This document shows, in pieces, positions 17,795 to 26,987 of a DNA stretch of 64,000 bases. The notes below the pieces were generated by a model. It did no database searches, had not been told where the DNA came from, and saw only the letters and a list, made by a program, of their open reading frames with translations. The DNA is from Patescibacteria group bacterium. GTDB taxonomy: Bacteria > Patescibacteriota > Microgenomatia > PFEM01 > JAHIFH01. The position numbers and the translations under genes were made by a program. The stretch lies in the NCBI GenBank assembly GCA_035529375.1, contig DATKWU010000009.1, forward strand, positions 93,848-157,847, in the 5' to 3' direction. Position 1 is the stretch's first letter. Each line of letters begins with the position of its first letter.

Positions 17795-18499
17795 CTATTG
17801 GTGAATGACAACCTTGGTTCCGGGGTTGCCTTTAGAAGGATAAACCACATTCACCCCCTGGGGAACTGAAGGTGAAGTCCAATAAAAGAGTTTTTCGGCA
17901 TCAGGCGTCGCCATGTTAACACAACCATGACTCATCGGATGACCAAAATTATTGTGCCAATAAGTTCCGTGGAGACCAAAACCCTTGTAGAAGTATTGAG
18001 TATAAGGGACATTCGGCAGGTAATAATAAGTGCCGGTTCCCCTAACGCCTCCAGACATCTTGGTGTATCTCAACTTAATCCAAACCCTAAATTCACCAGT
18101 GGGTGTTGGCGCCCATTTACCAGTGGAAACCAAAAACTCATAAACAATCTTATCACCTTCATGGGCATAAAGTTTTTGATCAGAAAGATCAATCTCAATC
18201 CAACGATAATCATCCGTCGCCCCTAAAACCACTCCTTCTTGTTGTTTTAAAGCTTCGGGATTAGGAATTAACTTAGCCATTTTAGTTTCCACTGGCTGAC
18301 CATTAAAAATAGCAACCTCATCTATTTCTTCATATTCACCGTTTGCCTCAGCCGAAGGCAAGCCACAACCACAAGATCGTTCAAGAATAAATTGTCTTGC
18401 CGAAAAAAACAGAACTCCCCCAGCAATAACAGCCGCAATCGGAAGACCAAACAAAAACAGTTTATTAATTTTAGAAATTTTTAATAAAAGCTTCATCAA
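17795..18499 (-). CDS. L,D-transpeptidase (YkuD family)
   Basis: 234 aa. N-terminal TM/signal segment and catalytic motif HGTYWHNNFGHPMSHGCVNM. Confidence 0.8.
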   Translation of the reverse strand: MMKLLLKISKINKLFLFGLPIAAVIAGGVLFFSARQFILERSCGCGLPSAEANGEYEEIDEVAIFNGQPVETKMAKLIPNPEALKQQEGVVLGATDDYRWIEIDLSDQKLYAHEGDKIVYEFLVSTGKWAPTPTGEFRVWIKLRYTKMSGGVRGTGTYYYLPNVPYTQYFYKGFGLHGTYWHNNFGHPMSHGCVNMATPDAEKLFYWTSPSVPQGVNVVYPSKGNPGTKVVIHQ

Positions 18500-18562
18500 A
18501 AAAATAGTAACATAAAATATTTTTTGTTTCTAGGTTTAAAAAATGATAAAATTGAAACATAT

Positions 18563-18636
18563 TGCGGGGTGGTGTAATGGTAGCACTGATGGCCCTGGAC
18601 CATCCGATCTAGGTTCGAATCCTAGCCCCGCAGCCA
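18563..18636 (+). tRNA. tRNA-Gln (anticodon CUG)
   Basis: TGCGGGGTGGTGTAATGGTAGCACTGATGGCCCTGGACCATCCGATCTAGGTTCGAATCCTAGCCCCGCAGCCA. U1-A72 pair typical of tRNA-Gln. Anticodon stem GATGG/CCATC with loop CCCTGGA, T arm CTAGG-TTCGAAT-CCTAG. CCA is encoded. Confidence 0.8.
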
Positions 18637-18672
18637 AGATGGGCAACCTTGTGATGGAGCTCTCTTTCTAAA

Positions 18673-19821
18673 ATGAAAATATTATTAATAGACTGCGATA
18701 CTAAAATCGAAAAGGCGCTATCAGCTATGGGAGCTCGGGTATCTGTTGGAACCCTAGGTTTCGAGAGTGGTGAAAGATATATACCAGTCGCATTATATGA
18801 ACAAGACATTATCGTCTTTAATCCATCTAGTGTCTCATTTATTGAAGATGAAATTGTTGAGGAAAAAGAGGGAAAACTATACTTTCCATCAATCAAGATG
18901 ACAGGCCCTCTAGTAACGCGAGACGACATGAATGATTTTTTCGACAAAGGAGGGGTGTTTATTGTTTTCTATAATCCTTTAGTAGCCGACATTAAAAAGG
19001 AGATGGCTATTTATGAATGGCTTACTAATCAGATCATTGCAGAACCCAGCAATGATAGGGATTTAACAAAAGTAATGTTTCCCGACGATGATGAATATAT
19101 TCCATTCAAGTCATTGTTGAGAGATTTTACACCCAAAATTCCGGTTGAAAGAAAATTGTATTATATTGATGAAAAATTATATCCTAGGGTTCTCATTAAA
19201 AATATTCGAAATGATAAGATTGCCATTTTTGCTAAGAAATCGGATGGGCTTATTATTGCACTGCCTACATACGAAAAAAATAACGATGTAATTAAGCACA
19301 TAGTGAGTTATGTATATCCTCAGTTATATGAAATTGAACCAAAACTACCTAAAATATTGGATGTTAAGAAATCTCAATTACAGTTGGAATTGGAGGATGA
19401 GAGAAATAAAAAACAACAAATCATAGACAATACCCAAAAAAAGATTGAGGACATTAATAGCAAAATAATAAATGAAACCTTGAGAATAGAGAAACTTACG
19501 ACAACCGACCCTACAGCAGTTGTAATATTGGGATATCTAAACGACATTCTTGATGATCCGAAAGATAGTTTCCATGCAGCTTATAAAATAACTGAAAAGT
19601 TATCAGAAATTTACGGAGGTGATAACGCTGCGAAAACTAAACTGAATATAAACAGAGGGTTTAATTTTATACGTAGAATATCGAATGAGGCATTTAGAGA
19701 CACTCGGCATACTCCAAAACAAAATGAAGTGATAAAACCGCCCACGCCTGAAGAAAATAAAAAGCTTGTGGAGAATTCTATTGTTATTGTAAGAAAGTAT
19801 ATAGAAGAGCTGACTCAATAA
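18673..19821 (+). CDS. Hypothetical protein. First gene of the accessory segment.
   Basis: 382 aa ORF starting 37 bp after tRNA-Gln. It has an acidic central region and a coiled-coil stretch (LQLELEDERNKKQQIIDNTQKKIEDINSKI). No recognised catalytic motif. Confidence 0.5.
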   Translation: MKILLIDCDTKIEKALSAMGARVSVGTLGFESGERYIPVALYEQDIIVFNPSSVSFIEDEIVEEKEGKLYFPSIKMTGPLVTRDDMNDFFDKGGVFIVFYNPLVADIKKEMAIYEWLTNQIIAEPSNDRDLTKVMFPDDDEYIPFKSLLRDFTPKIPVERKLYYIDEKLYPRVLIKNIRNDKIAIFAKKSDGLIIALPTYEKNNDVIKHIVSYVYPQLYEIEPKLPKILDVKKSQLQLELEDERNKKQQIIDNTQKKIEDINSKIINETLRIEKLTTTDPTAVVILGYLNDILDDPKDSFHAAYKITEKLSEIYGGDNAAKTKLNINRGFNFIRRISNEAFRDTRHTPKQNEVIKPPTPEENKKLVENSIVIVRKYIEELTQ

Positions 19822-19852
19822 AGGCTTTGAAATATAGATCAACATGGTGAGA

Positions 19853-19891
19853 GTTATAAGGTCTAGACGGGGGCAGACCGGTATGCTCAGC
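19853..19891 (+). repeat. R-repeat copy A (GTTATAAGG + TCTAGAC-GGGGGCAGACC-GGTATGCTCAGC, with an internal partial duplication)
   Basis: Matches the 23-bp family consensus GGTTCTAGACCGAYCYGCTCAGC, with an 11-bp insertion that duplicates AGACC. It lies 32 bp after the stop of the 382-aa gene. Confidence 0.7.
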
Positions 19892-19982
19892 AAAATTTAT
19901 AGAAGTTCCGATCGACCGAGGGTTCTCTTTTAAAAATTAATCAACTGAGAAAATTTCGGAATGAAAAAAGAATAATAATTCT

Positions 19983-21896
19983 ATGAAAAACCAACTAGTG
20001 ACCCTTGCAGCAATAAAAAGCTTTTATGAATCTGGTTGCGATTTCATTGACGTATTCTCTAACCTTGTATTACAAGAAATACCTACCAAGCCGATAATAA
20101 TAATAAATATACAACAAAAAGTTATTGATGAGTGGAATATTAATATTCCACTTGATGTAATAAGAACAATAGTTAAAAGACTAAAAAGAAAGTCACTTAT
20201 AGATTATAAAAATAGAGAGGAATCAATTTGGACGACGAGTGATGGTGAAACAGAGAAAATAAAGATCAAAAGCACAATAGACAGTACAAAAAGAGAAAGT
20301 CTCGCCCTAATTAAAAAATTAAAAATCTTCATTGAGAAAAAAAGTCGTAAAAAAATCAATTCCTCTAATGTTTCTCGAGCACTCGATGCATTTATTCATA
20401 AAAATTACTACAGTGTGGCATCAATATTAGCAAAAGAACAACAACCAACCTATCCACAACTCCAAATCGAAAAAATGATTATGGATTTTTTTATTAAGAC
20501 AGAGGAATCCGATCCTGAAAATTTTGAAAGACTAAAAGCCATAGTATATGGGAAAATTATTTCTTCTGTATTAGTAAGCCAAAGGAAAAATTTTGTGAAA
20601 GAGGCAAAATTTGAACCCCTTGATATTTATCTAGATACAAACATTTTATTTAGTGTTATGGGATTACATGAAGAATCTTTTAATAAACCCGCTAGAGAGT
20701 TGATAAAAATTCTAAAAAAATTAGGTTTTAATCTATTCATTTTTGGTTTTACACGAGATGAGGTTGTAGCCAAACTAAAAGATTTTATACGTGAGTATGA
20801 TAATTATTCTGAACAAATACCAGTAGACTCAATATACTACCAACTAAAACGATTAGGTTTCTCAAAACAAGACATTATTTTGAAGATTCAAAAAATTGAG
20901 GAAGAACTTAAAGCTCTTGGTATAGAAATAGATTACCAATGGGACATTGATAAATTGCTTGACGAGAGAGAAGAAAAATTACAAAAACTAGAAGAGAAAA
21001 AGTTAAAATCAGGTTACTCTATAAAACATGATATAGCAGCTATTGAGGCAATCAGACAAATACGGGGAAAGCGGGTATATTTGATTGAAAAATCTAAGGC
21101 AATATTTTTAACAGCGGATAGTAGGCTTTCTATTTTTAGCTTTAAAAACTATGATCATAAGTTAAATAGTTCTCTACCGGAGGTAATTTTTAGAACTGAA
21201 TTGACTAGCATCTTGTGGTTAAAAAATCCCGGCATAAATCCTAGTATGCCCATTCATGATCTTATAGCAGGCTATGCTAAGAATTTTCTTTTAAAAGTCT
21301 CTCTTTGGGAAAAGTTTATTGCCGAAATTAAAAGACAAAAAAAACAAGGAAAAATAAATGATGAAGACATTTCAATATTAATCTCTAGCAACGAAACAGA
21401 AAAAATTCTTTTTGATATTCAGTCTGGCGCTCAAAAAGAAAACTACATTCCATTATTAATTGATGAACAAATAAGAAAAAGAAAAAAAGAAAAAAAACTC
21501 AAAGAAAAAGAAATAGAACACCTGAAAAAGAAAGAACAAGGGATAAGACAAGAATTAAATAGCTTGAGGAAACAAATAGAAAAATATGAAAATATCAAGA
21601 AGTCAATTAGGAGTCATTGTGAAAAAAAATGGAATTTTATTCTAAATTTCCTAATTTGCTTGATTGCAATAGTAATTTCTAGATTATTGATCTTGTTTAT
21701 TTTAAAAGTTGGCTTGGGTTTATTTGAGAGCTTAACGTCTCTAACAGTATTTTTAGTCATTTTGTGGTCTACTATTTCTCTCATATCGGAAAAAGATTTC
21801 AAATTTTTAAGCTTTATGGTCTCTTTTAAAAAAAAATTAAAACAAAAACTGATTAAAAATTCTATCGATAAAAATTATAAAAAGTTTGGCTTGTAA
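19983..21896 (+). CDS. Large hypothetical protein with a PIN-like nuclease signature and a C-terminal membrane anchor
   Basis: 637 aa. The central segment LDIYLDTNILFSVMGLHEESF...FTRDEV...FLTADSRL resembles the PIN-domain acidic quartet (D, E, D, TxD). There are long Lys/Glu coiled-coils and two C-terminal TM helices (FILNFLICLIAIVISRLLILFIL, LTVFLVILWSTISLI). Confidence 0.5.
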   Translation: MKNQLVTLAAIKSFYESGCDFIDVFSNLVLQEIPTKPIIIINIQQKVIDEWNINIPLDVIRTIVKRLKRKSLIDYKNREESIWTTSDGETEKIKIKSTIDSTKRESLALIKKLKIFIEKKSRKKINSSNVSRALDAFIHKNYYSVASILAKEQQPTYPQLQIEKMIMDFFIKTEESDPENFERLKAIVYGKIISSVLVSQRKNFVKEAKFEPLDIYLDTNILFSVMGLHEESFNKPARELIKILKKLGFNLFIFGFTRDEVVAKLKDFIREYDNYSEQIPVDSIYYQLKRLGFSKQDIILKIQKIEEELKALGIEIDYQWDIDKLLDEREEKLQKLEEKKLKSGYSIKHDIAAIEAIRQIRGKRVYLIEKSKAIFLTADSRLSIFSFKNYDHKLNSSLPEVIFRTELTSILWLKNPGINPSMPIHDLIAGYAKNFLLKVSLWEKFIAEIKRQKKQGKINDEDISILISSNETEKILFDIQSGAQKENYIPLLIDEQIRKRKKEKKLKEKEIEHLKKKEQGIRQELNSLRKQIEKYENIKKSIRSHCEKKWNFILNFLICLIAIVISRLLILFILKVGLGLFESLTSLTVFLVILWSTISLISEKDFKFLSFMVSFKKKLKQKLIKNSIDKNYKKFGL

Positions 21897-21913
21897 TTTA
21901 AAAATACAGAAGC

Positions 21914-21936
21914 GGTTCTAGACCGACCTGCTCAGC
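21914..21936 (+). repeat. R-repeat copy B (GGTTCTAGACCGACCTGCTCAGC)
   Basis: Exact match to the family consensus, 18 bp after the stop of the 637-aa gene. Confidence 0.8.
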
Positions 21937-22032
21937 TAGGAAAAGCTCGATTTAACAAACTTTTCCGATTTGTAGTAGAACTTTTGACATGAGAACTAGG
22001 TCCCAAATTTTTAGTTTTTTAGAAAGGCATTG

Positions 22033-22061
22033 TTGACAAATTAAAAAGATAATGTTATAAA
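22033..22061 (+). promoter_or_regulatory. Sigma70-like promoter (TTGACA-N17-TATAAA)
   Basis: Near-consensus -35 and -10 hexamers with a 17-bp spacer, 45 bp upstream of the ORF starting at 22106. Confidence 0.45.
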
Positions 22062-22105
22062 AGTTTTACTGCTCCAAAGGCAGTTATTTTTTTAAGAGAA
22101 ATATC

Positions 22106-22537
22106 ATGTCTGAAACACTGAAACCACCCTCTCAAGAATTCAGTCTACCTAGTACAGAAGAGGTAATAGACTTAATCCATAAACTACGGGATCTAATACT
22201 AACTGACTGTAGCGTTCATTATAAACATATACGTGGTTATGGTGACGGTCAGGCTCTAGACGTTGATTTTCCTGACGGTAGCCAAAGAGAATTAGTCTGG
22301 ATAGACCGTGGAGACGAGGAGGGAATATTAGCGTGGAACGATAGGAAAAAACCTTCTGTTTTTAGTGAAAGAGATAATTATAATTTGATTCATGTTGATC
22401 CTGATAAACCTGCCGTTCAAATTGCGGGAATTAGGCCTAATAAAAGTAATCCAATTGGTTTTGCTTGGGTTAAATTTGTAGACTGGGGTGATTTTTGCAA
22501 TCTTCTTTCCCTAGCACAAAAAATTGAAGAGGCTTAA
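22106..22537 (+). CDS. Hypothetical protein
   Basis: 143 aa ORF preceded by a consensus promoter. No recognised motif. Confidence 0.5.
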   Translation: MSETLKPPSQEFSLPSTEEVIDLIHKLRDLILTDCSVHYKHIRGYGDGQALDVDFPDGSQRELVWIDRGDEEGILAWNDRKKPSVFSERDNYNLIHVDPDKPAVQIAGIRPNKSNPIGFAWVKFVDWGDFCNLLSLAQKIEEA

Positions 22538-22668
22538 CTTTTTCTTTCATTAAATATTATTATTGTTCAAAAAGTTTTTATAATTTCAGTTAAATTAACC
22601 TCAGAATAAGAAAACAAGCCTCAGAAGGTCCTTAGGAAGTACAAAAGTGTAAAAACTTCATCGATTTT

Positions 22669-22729
22669 TGATAAACTATTCTTGGAAAGATAAATTTATA
22701 AGTTCGGAAATCATCAACAAGTGCCAGCC
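22669..22729 (+). repeat. S-repeat copy 1 (TGATAAACTATTCTTGGAAAGATAAATTTATAAGTTCGGAAATCATCAACAAGTGCCAGCC)
   Basis: About 60 bp and nearly identical to the copy at 38895-38954. It ends 17 bp before the likely HIT start codon. The ORF track's TTG start at 22668 translates this repeat. Confidence 0.75.
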
Positions 22730-22745
22730 AAGAACCAGAATATTT

Positions 22746-23207
22746 ATGAAACACACAAAGAAAGATCGACCAAATTTTCTATTTGAAACTAAACATTGGA
22801 AAGTCTATTTAAATCCAGATCAGTATTATTTAGGCAGGTCTGTCGTGGTAGCAAAAAGAGATGTAGGCAGCCTTTCTGACTTAACCAAAGATGAATGGTT
22901 AGATTTTACGGAACTTATTAAAAAAATTGAAGCTACCTATAAAAAATCATTTGGCGCAACAATGTTTAACTGGACTTGTCTCATGAACAATGCATATAAG
23001 AACGATCCTCCCAACCCCCATGTTCACTGGCATCTTCTCCCCAGATATAAAAAAGCCGTAACGTTTAAAGGAATTGATTTTGGAGACAATGAATTCGGCA
23101 GTCATTATGCTCGAAAAATTGACCGGGCTGTACCAGATGAGGTTTTCAGTGAAATTGTCAAAGTAATAAAAAAATTCTCAAGACAATATAGGACCAAAAA
23201 GGCCTAG
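22746..23207 (+). CDS. HIT family hydrolase
   Basis: Histidine triad HVHWHLLPRY near the C-terminus. Start re-assigned to the ATG at 22746, because the upstream part of the listed ORF translates the S repeat. The TAG stop at 23205-23207 lies inside R-repeat copy C. Confidence 0.7.
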   Translation: MKHTKKDRPNFLFETKHWKVYLNPDQYYLGRSVVVAKRDVGSLSDLTKDEWLDFTELIKKIEATYKKSFGATMFNWTCLMNNAYKNDPPNPHVHWHLLPRYKKAVTFKGIDFGDNEFGSHYARKIDRAVPDEVFSEIVKVIKKFSRQYRTKKA

Positions 23208-23223
23208 ACCGACCTACTCAGCC
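23201..23223 (+). repeat. R-repeat copy C (GGCCTAGACCGACCTACTCAGCC)
   Basis: Family match that overlaps the HIT gene's stop codon (ccTAGacc). Confidence 0.75.
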
Positions 23224-23257
23224 AACCCCAACCACCCGTCACTTCAATAATCTTCTC

Positions 23258-23920
23258 TTAATCACAATTCTTTGACTTTTTAAAACCAGCCTTCAAAGCT
23301 TCTTTTTCAGTGCAAAACCATTGTTCCCCTAAACTTTTTTCAACAATTGTCTGTTCATATTGACGACAACCCGGGAAATGATAAATTTTATCACCTGAGT
23401 TTTTGTCAATGTTTCCTTTGATTTGGCAATCTGGGTCTTCAGGATTTTCCTTTTGGTAGCATCGGGGGCTAAAAACACCCTTCTCCTCTTCCTGGGCCAA
23501 ATGAGCGGTTGTTTTTAAAACTTCTCTTTGGGAATTTTTATCACTGGTGTAATAACCCCAGCCTTCCTTTAAAACCTCTTCATTTATAAATTGATTGCCT
23601 ACATAAACCAAGGCGATGATTCGACCCCAATTATCAACAACAGGTTCTCGAAGAATAACTCTTTTTTCCATTACTAAAGACTCAAGTTTTTCCTTAGCTT
23701 CCTGCCCACCACAAAAATCGACCTCTGGGGCGTTAAGGCCAGCCAATCTTACTCGCTGGCTCGTTTCCAAAACAAAAGTGTCTCCGTCAAGAACATTAAC
23801 CACCAATGATCCCGATTCTGATCCGGCTGTTTTTTGCCACAAGTAATAATTCAATAATAAGGAAGGAATTAAGATCAAAAAACCAAGCCAAACTCGCCAA
23901 TTCTTCACCATCTTTCTCAT
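23258..23920 (-). CDS. Thermonuclease (staphylococcal-nuclease-like), secreted
   Basis: 220 aa. N-terminal TM/signal segment, SNase motifs (DGDTF...RVRLAGLNAPE), and a C-terminal Cys-containing extension (YHFPGCRQYE...WFCTEKEALKAGF). Confidence 0.8.
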   Translation of the reverse strand: MRKMVKNWRVWLGFLILIPSLLLNYYLWQKTAGSESGSLVVNVLDGDTFVLETSQRVRLAGLNAPEVDFCGGQEAKEKLESLVMEKRVILREPVVDNWGRIIALVYVGNQFINEEVLKEGWGYYTSDKNSQREVLKTTAHLAQEEEKGVFSPRCYQKENPEDPDCQIKGNIDKNSGDKIYHFPGCRQYEQTIVEKSLGEQWFCTEKEALKAGFKKSKNCD

Positions 23921-23977
23921 AGATATCTATCTTACGTTAAAACAAAATTACTCACAATCTAGAAGACATGTTTTTAC

Positions 23978-24066
23978 TGTCTCATTTGTCTCATCTAGCT
24001 TTGAGATGGTAAACTAGGAAAGACTAAGTTATAAGGACTGAAAGATCCCAGACCAGCATTCACAAC
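23978..24066 (+). repeat. Composite T-R element, copy D (tandem TGTCTCAT-TTGTCTCAT, then GTTATAAGG, then a degenerate R: CCCAGACCAGCATTCACAAC)
   Basis: T motif at 23978-23994, GTTATAAGG at 24028-24036 and a degenerate R at 24046-24066. It lies between the 5' end of the nuclease gene and the methyltransferase start. Confidence 0.6.
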
Positions 24067-24088
24067 AAATTTAGAATTTTTCTAGAAT

Positions 24089-24718
24089 ATGACCATGAAC
24101 TACTCTAATTGGGAAAAATATTATCAGAAAACTCCTTTAGAAAAGATTCCTTGGCAAAAAACTCAAGCTAGTTTTTTCACTGAAGTAATAGAATCAGGCA
24201 AAATTAATCCCTGTTCAACCTTGGATTTAGGCTGTGGCACCGGAGCAAAATCAATTTACCTTGCCAAAAAAGGCTTTAAGGTCACCGGAGTTGATATTTC
24301 TAAAACAGCTATCGAGCATGCAAAAGCAAATGCCGAAAAGGCAAAAGTCAAAGTCGAATTTATAGTCGCCGACGTGACTGATTTGAGTTTTCTTGATGAT
24401 AAAAAATTTGACTTTGTTTTGGATTGGGCTAATCTTCACGGTATTCCTAAAAACAAACGAAAGAAGTATGTTGATGGAATTATTAGACACACCAAAAAAG
24501 GAAGTAAATTACTTTTAAGATGTTTTAGCAAGCGCGGGATTGAAAAAGAATTTACTCACCGTCCCATGGGGACAATCTATCTGTTTTCTAAGAAAGATAT
24601 TGAAGAGCTTTTCGAAAAGCATTTTAGAATTTTAGAAACTCATAAAAGCAAACCATTTGTGAGAAAAGAAAAAGAACCTCCGGCAAAGTGGCTTGATGAA
24701 TATTTAATGGAGAAATAG
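24089..24718 (+). CDS. Class I SAM-dependent methyltransferase (TPMT/TehB-like)
   Basis: 209 aa. SAM motif I LDLGCGTGAKSIYLA and post-I acidic VDIS. Confidence 0.75.
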   Translation: MTMNYSNWEKYYQKTPLEKIPWQKTQASFFTEVIESGKINPCSTLDLGCGTGAKSIYLAKKGFKVTGVDISKTAIEHAKANAEKAKVKVEFIVADVTDLSFLDDKKFDFVLDWANLHGIPKNKRKKYVDGIIRHTKKGSKLLLRCFSKRGIEKEFTHRPMGTIYLFSKKDIEELFEKHFRILETHKSKPFVRKEKEPPAKWLDEYLMEK

Positions 24719-24752
24719 AAAATTTTTAAACTTCTTTTGGTATAATTCAATT

Positions 24753-25220
24753 ATGATAACTATTCGGAAAGCAACAATTAACGATTTACCAGCTATAAAA
24801 GAATTGAATAAACAAATCTTCATAAATAATCCTAAATATGACAATGATGCTGTTGAAGACTTTGCTCATACTCCACAGGGAGAAAAGTATTTTAAAGAAG
24901 CAATCAGAAGTAAAAAAGGGTGTTTTTTAATCGCTGAAGAAAATGAACAGATGATCGGATATGCAAACGGTGAAGAAAAAGAAGCTTCATATCGCAAAAG
25001 CAAGTATTTTGAAATTGATAACTTAGGAGTGATACTTGAAAAAAAGAAACAAGGAATAGGTAAAAAGATATTAAATGCCATAACAAACTGGGCAAAGAAA
25101 AAAGGTTTTCAAAAAATATACCTCAATTGTTATGTGAAGAACGAAAAGGCTTTGAATTTTTATCGTAGTAATGGGTATTCAGAAATAGACATTTGTCTAG
25201 AAAAGAAAATTAGTGAGTGA
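24753..25220 (+). CDS. GNAT family N-acetyltransferase
   Basis: 155 aa. Acetyl-CoA-binding motif A (KKKQGIGKKILNAI...KKKGF). Confidence 0.8.
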   Translation: MITIRKATINDLPAIKELNKQIFINNPKYDNDAVEDFAHTPQGEKYFKEAIRSKKGCFLIAEENEQMIGYANGEEKEASYRKSKYFEIDNLGVILEKKKQGIGKKILNAITNWAKKKGFQKIYLNCYVKNEKALNFYRSNGYSEIDICLEKKISE

Positions 25221-25277
25221 ACCCTAACCTCCTCCACGAGGTAAGGAAGGAATTTATTTATTCTGTAATATTTCCTA

Positions 25278-25622
25278 TTATTTACCTGTTATACAACTCT
25301 CGTCAATTTCAGAAGTGCGGCAAATCAACAACTCACCATCTTCTTCAATAATGTTTCCAATAAGATCACTGCCGCATTTGCACATTTCAATATCTCTTCC
25401 TCCATGTCCATCATCACAAAATTCCTTTCTAACCTTGCCTGGTTTAAAGACGGTATCACAACCAATACAAACCCGTCGGTATCCTTGATCGAAAGCCTCT
25501 CTTAAAGTTAAACCATTTCCATCTGCTGAATTGTCTTCAAACTTGGAATCTTTTTCGCTCATTTTTAGGTAATTAAAAACTGCCCCTTCGGACAGTGAAT
25601 GTATTATAACACCTTTCTTCAA
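25278..25622 (-). CDS. Hypothetical Cys-rich small protein
   Basis: 114 aa. Several CxxC-like pairs (CIGCD, CKCGSD). Confidence 0.4.
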   Translation of the reverse strand: MKKGVIIHSLSEGAVFNYLKMSEKDSKFEDNSADGNGLTLREAFDQGYRRVCIGCDTVFKPGKVRKEFCDDGHGGRDIEMCKCGSDLIGNIIEEDGELLICRTSEIDESCITGK

Positions 25623-25652
25623 ATAAATAAATAAAATAGCTCAAGTGATTTT

Positions 25653-25725
25653 TGATAAACTAACTCGGGAATAAGATATAATATCAACTAATTTTGAGGT
25701 TCGGAAATCATCCACGAGTCCCAGC
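25653..25725 (+). repeat. S-repeat copy 2 (TGATAAAC...TATAAT...GGTTCGGAAATCATCCACGAGTCCCAGC)
   Basis: Shares the TGATAAAC head and the 27-nt GTTCGGAAATCATC-N-ACGA-N-TCCCAGC tail with the other S copies. Lies 235 bp upstream of the GH130 gene. Confidence 0.6.
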
Positions 25726-25961
25726 AAGATTGGACACAAAGCGACCGTAAACTCTCAAATAGGTCGATAACACTTGCTAAACCTCTACTTTGTTTTTAGG
25801 AGTTTCGGACCGTATCCTTGTTATTTAGGAGATTTTGTTTTTGTTATAATTTCCTTTCTAACCATAAACCGAGGCTCAACAGATTGTATTGGTCTTTTTT
25901 GATACAATGTCAGTGTCCTCATGCTCCTTTTGAAATAACGTAAGTTTAAAAGAGTTTAATA

Positions 25962-26987
25962 ATGTTAAAAATTAAAGACGAGGGAATAATTTTAGAGAAA
26001 ACAAATCTGGAATTTGAAAATAAGGCCGTTTTGAACCCGGCCTGCATCCAAGTGGATGACATTACCCATATGTTCTATCGGGCAGTTAACCATAATGATA
26101 TTTCTTCCATAGGTTACTGCCAGCTGAAAGATAATAAAGTTGTAAAAAGACTTAAGGAGCCAGTTCTTTTCCCAGAATATGATTACGAGAAAAAGGGCGT
26201 AGAAGATCCAAAGATTACTTTTTTAGAGGGAACATACTATCTTTTCTACACTGCCTATAATGGTAAAAATGCTCTCATTGCCTACGCCACAAGCAAGGAT
26301 CTTGTTCATTTCACCAAACAAGGCCTTATCTCGCCGAAAATCTCCTACGATGAAGCGGAGGACATTTTTCGCGAGTCAAAAGTCAGAGAGAGATACACTA
26401 TGTTTGAGATGTTCTACAAAGAAAGAGGAGGGAAGGACATTTTGCTATGGGAAAAAGACGCCTCTCTTTTTTCCCAAAAATTCAACCATAAATTTGCTCT
26501 TCTCCACCGCATTCTGCCGGGAATCCAAATAATTTACTTTAACAATTTCTCCGAACTTACTGCTGTTCGCTGGCACCATCATCTTAAGAACTTAGGTGAT
26601 TTTATCGTGCTTGATCCTCTTTTTTGGTTTGAAAACCGCAATGTAGGCGGCGGTTGTCCCCCAATTGAAACAGAAGACGGATGGCTTATTATCTATCATG
26701 CGGTGGAGGATACCCCTTTTGGGAAAATCTATCATGCTGCTGCTGCCCTTCTTGATCTCAAAAACCCTCTAAAAGTTTTGGGGCGATTAATAGAACCCTT
26801 GTTTTCCCCAAAGGCTCCCTGGGAAAAAAGTGGCGTTACGAATAATGTCGTCTTTCCTACCGGAGCAATAGTAAGAGATAAAAGGCTTTATATTTATTAT
26901 GGGGCTGCCGATAAGTTAATCGCCGCGAAATCTATTAACCTCACAGAGTTATTGACTAAACTCAAGAAAAGTCCCCTAAAGCTATGA
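25962..26987 (+). CDS. GH130-family glycoside hydrolase / beta-mannoside phosphorylase-like
   Basis: 341 aa. Conserved N-terminal signature of the family (NPACIQ..., EDPKI) and a beta-propeller-like repeat pattern. The stop overlaps the start of the downstream glycosyltransferase (ATGA). Confidence 0.6.
   Translation: MLKIKDEGIILEKTNLEFENKAVLNPACIQVDDITHMFYRAVNHNDISSIGYCQLKDNKVVKRLKEPVLFPEYDYEKKGVEDPKITFLEGTYYLFYTAYNGKNALIAYATSKDLVHFTKQGLISPKISYDEAEDIFRESKVRERYTMFEMFYKERGGKDILLWEKDASLFSQKFNHKFALLHRILPGIQIIYFNNFSELTAVRWHHHLKNLGDFIVLDPLFWFENRNVGGGCPPIETEDGWLIIYHAVEDTPFGKIYHAAAALLDLKNPLKVLGRLIEPLFSPKAPWEKSGVTNNVVFPTGAIVRDKRLYIYYGAADKLIAAKSINLTELLTKLKKSPLKL

Noticed and set aside
18609-18947. 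Minus-strand 112-aa ORF overlapping tRNA-Gln and the start of the 382-aa gene
   Set aside because: It overlaps a tRNA gene and a better-supported plus-strand ORF. The likely explanation is spurious antisense.
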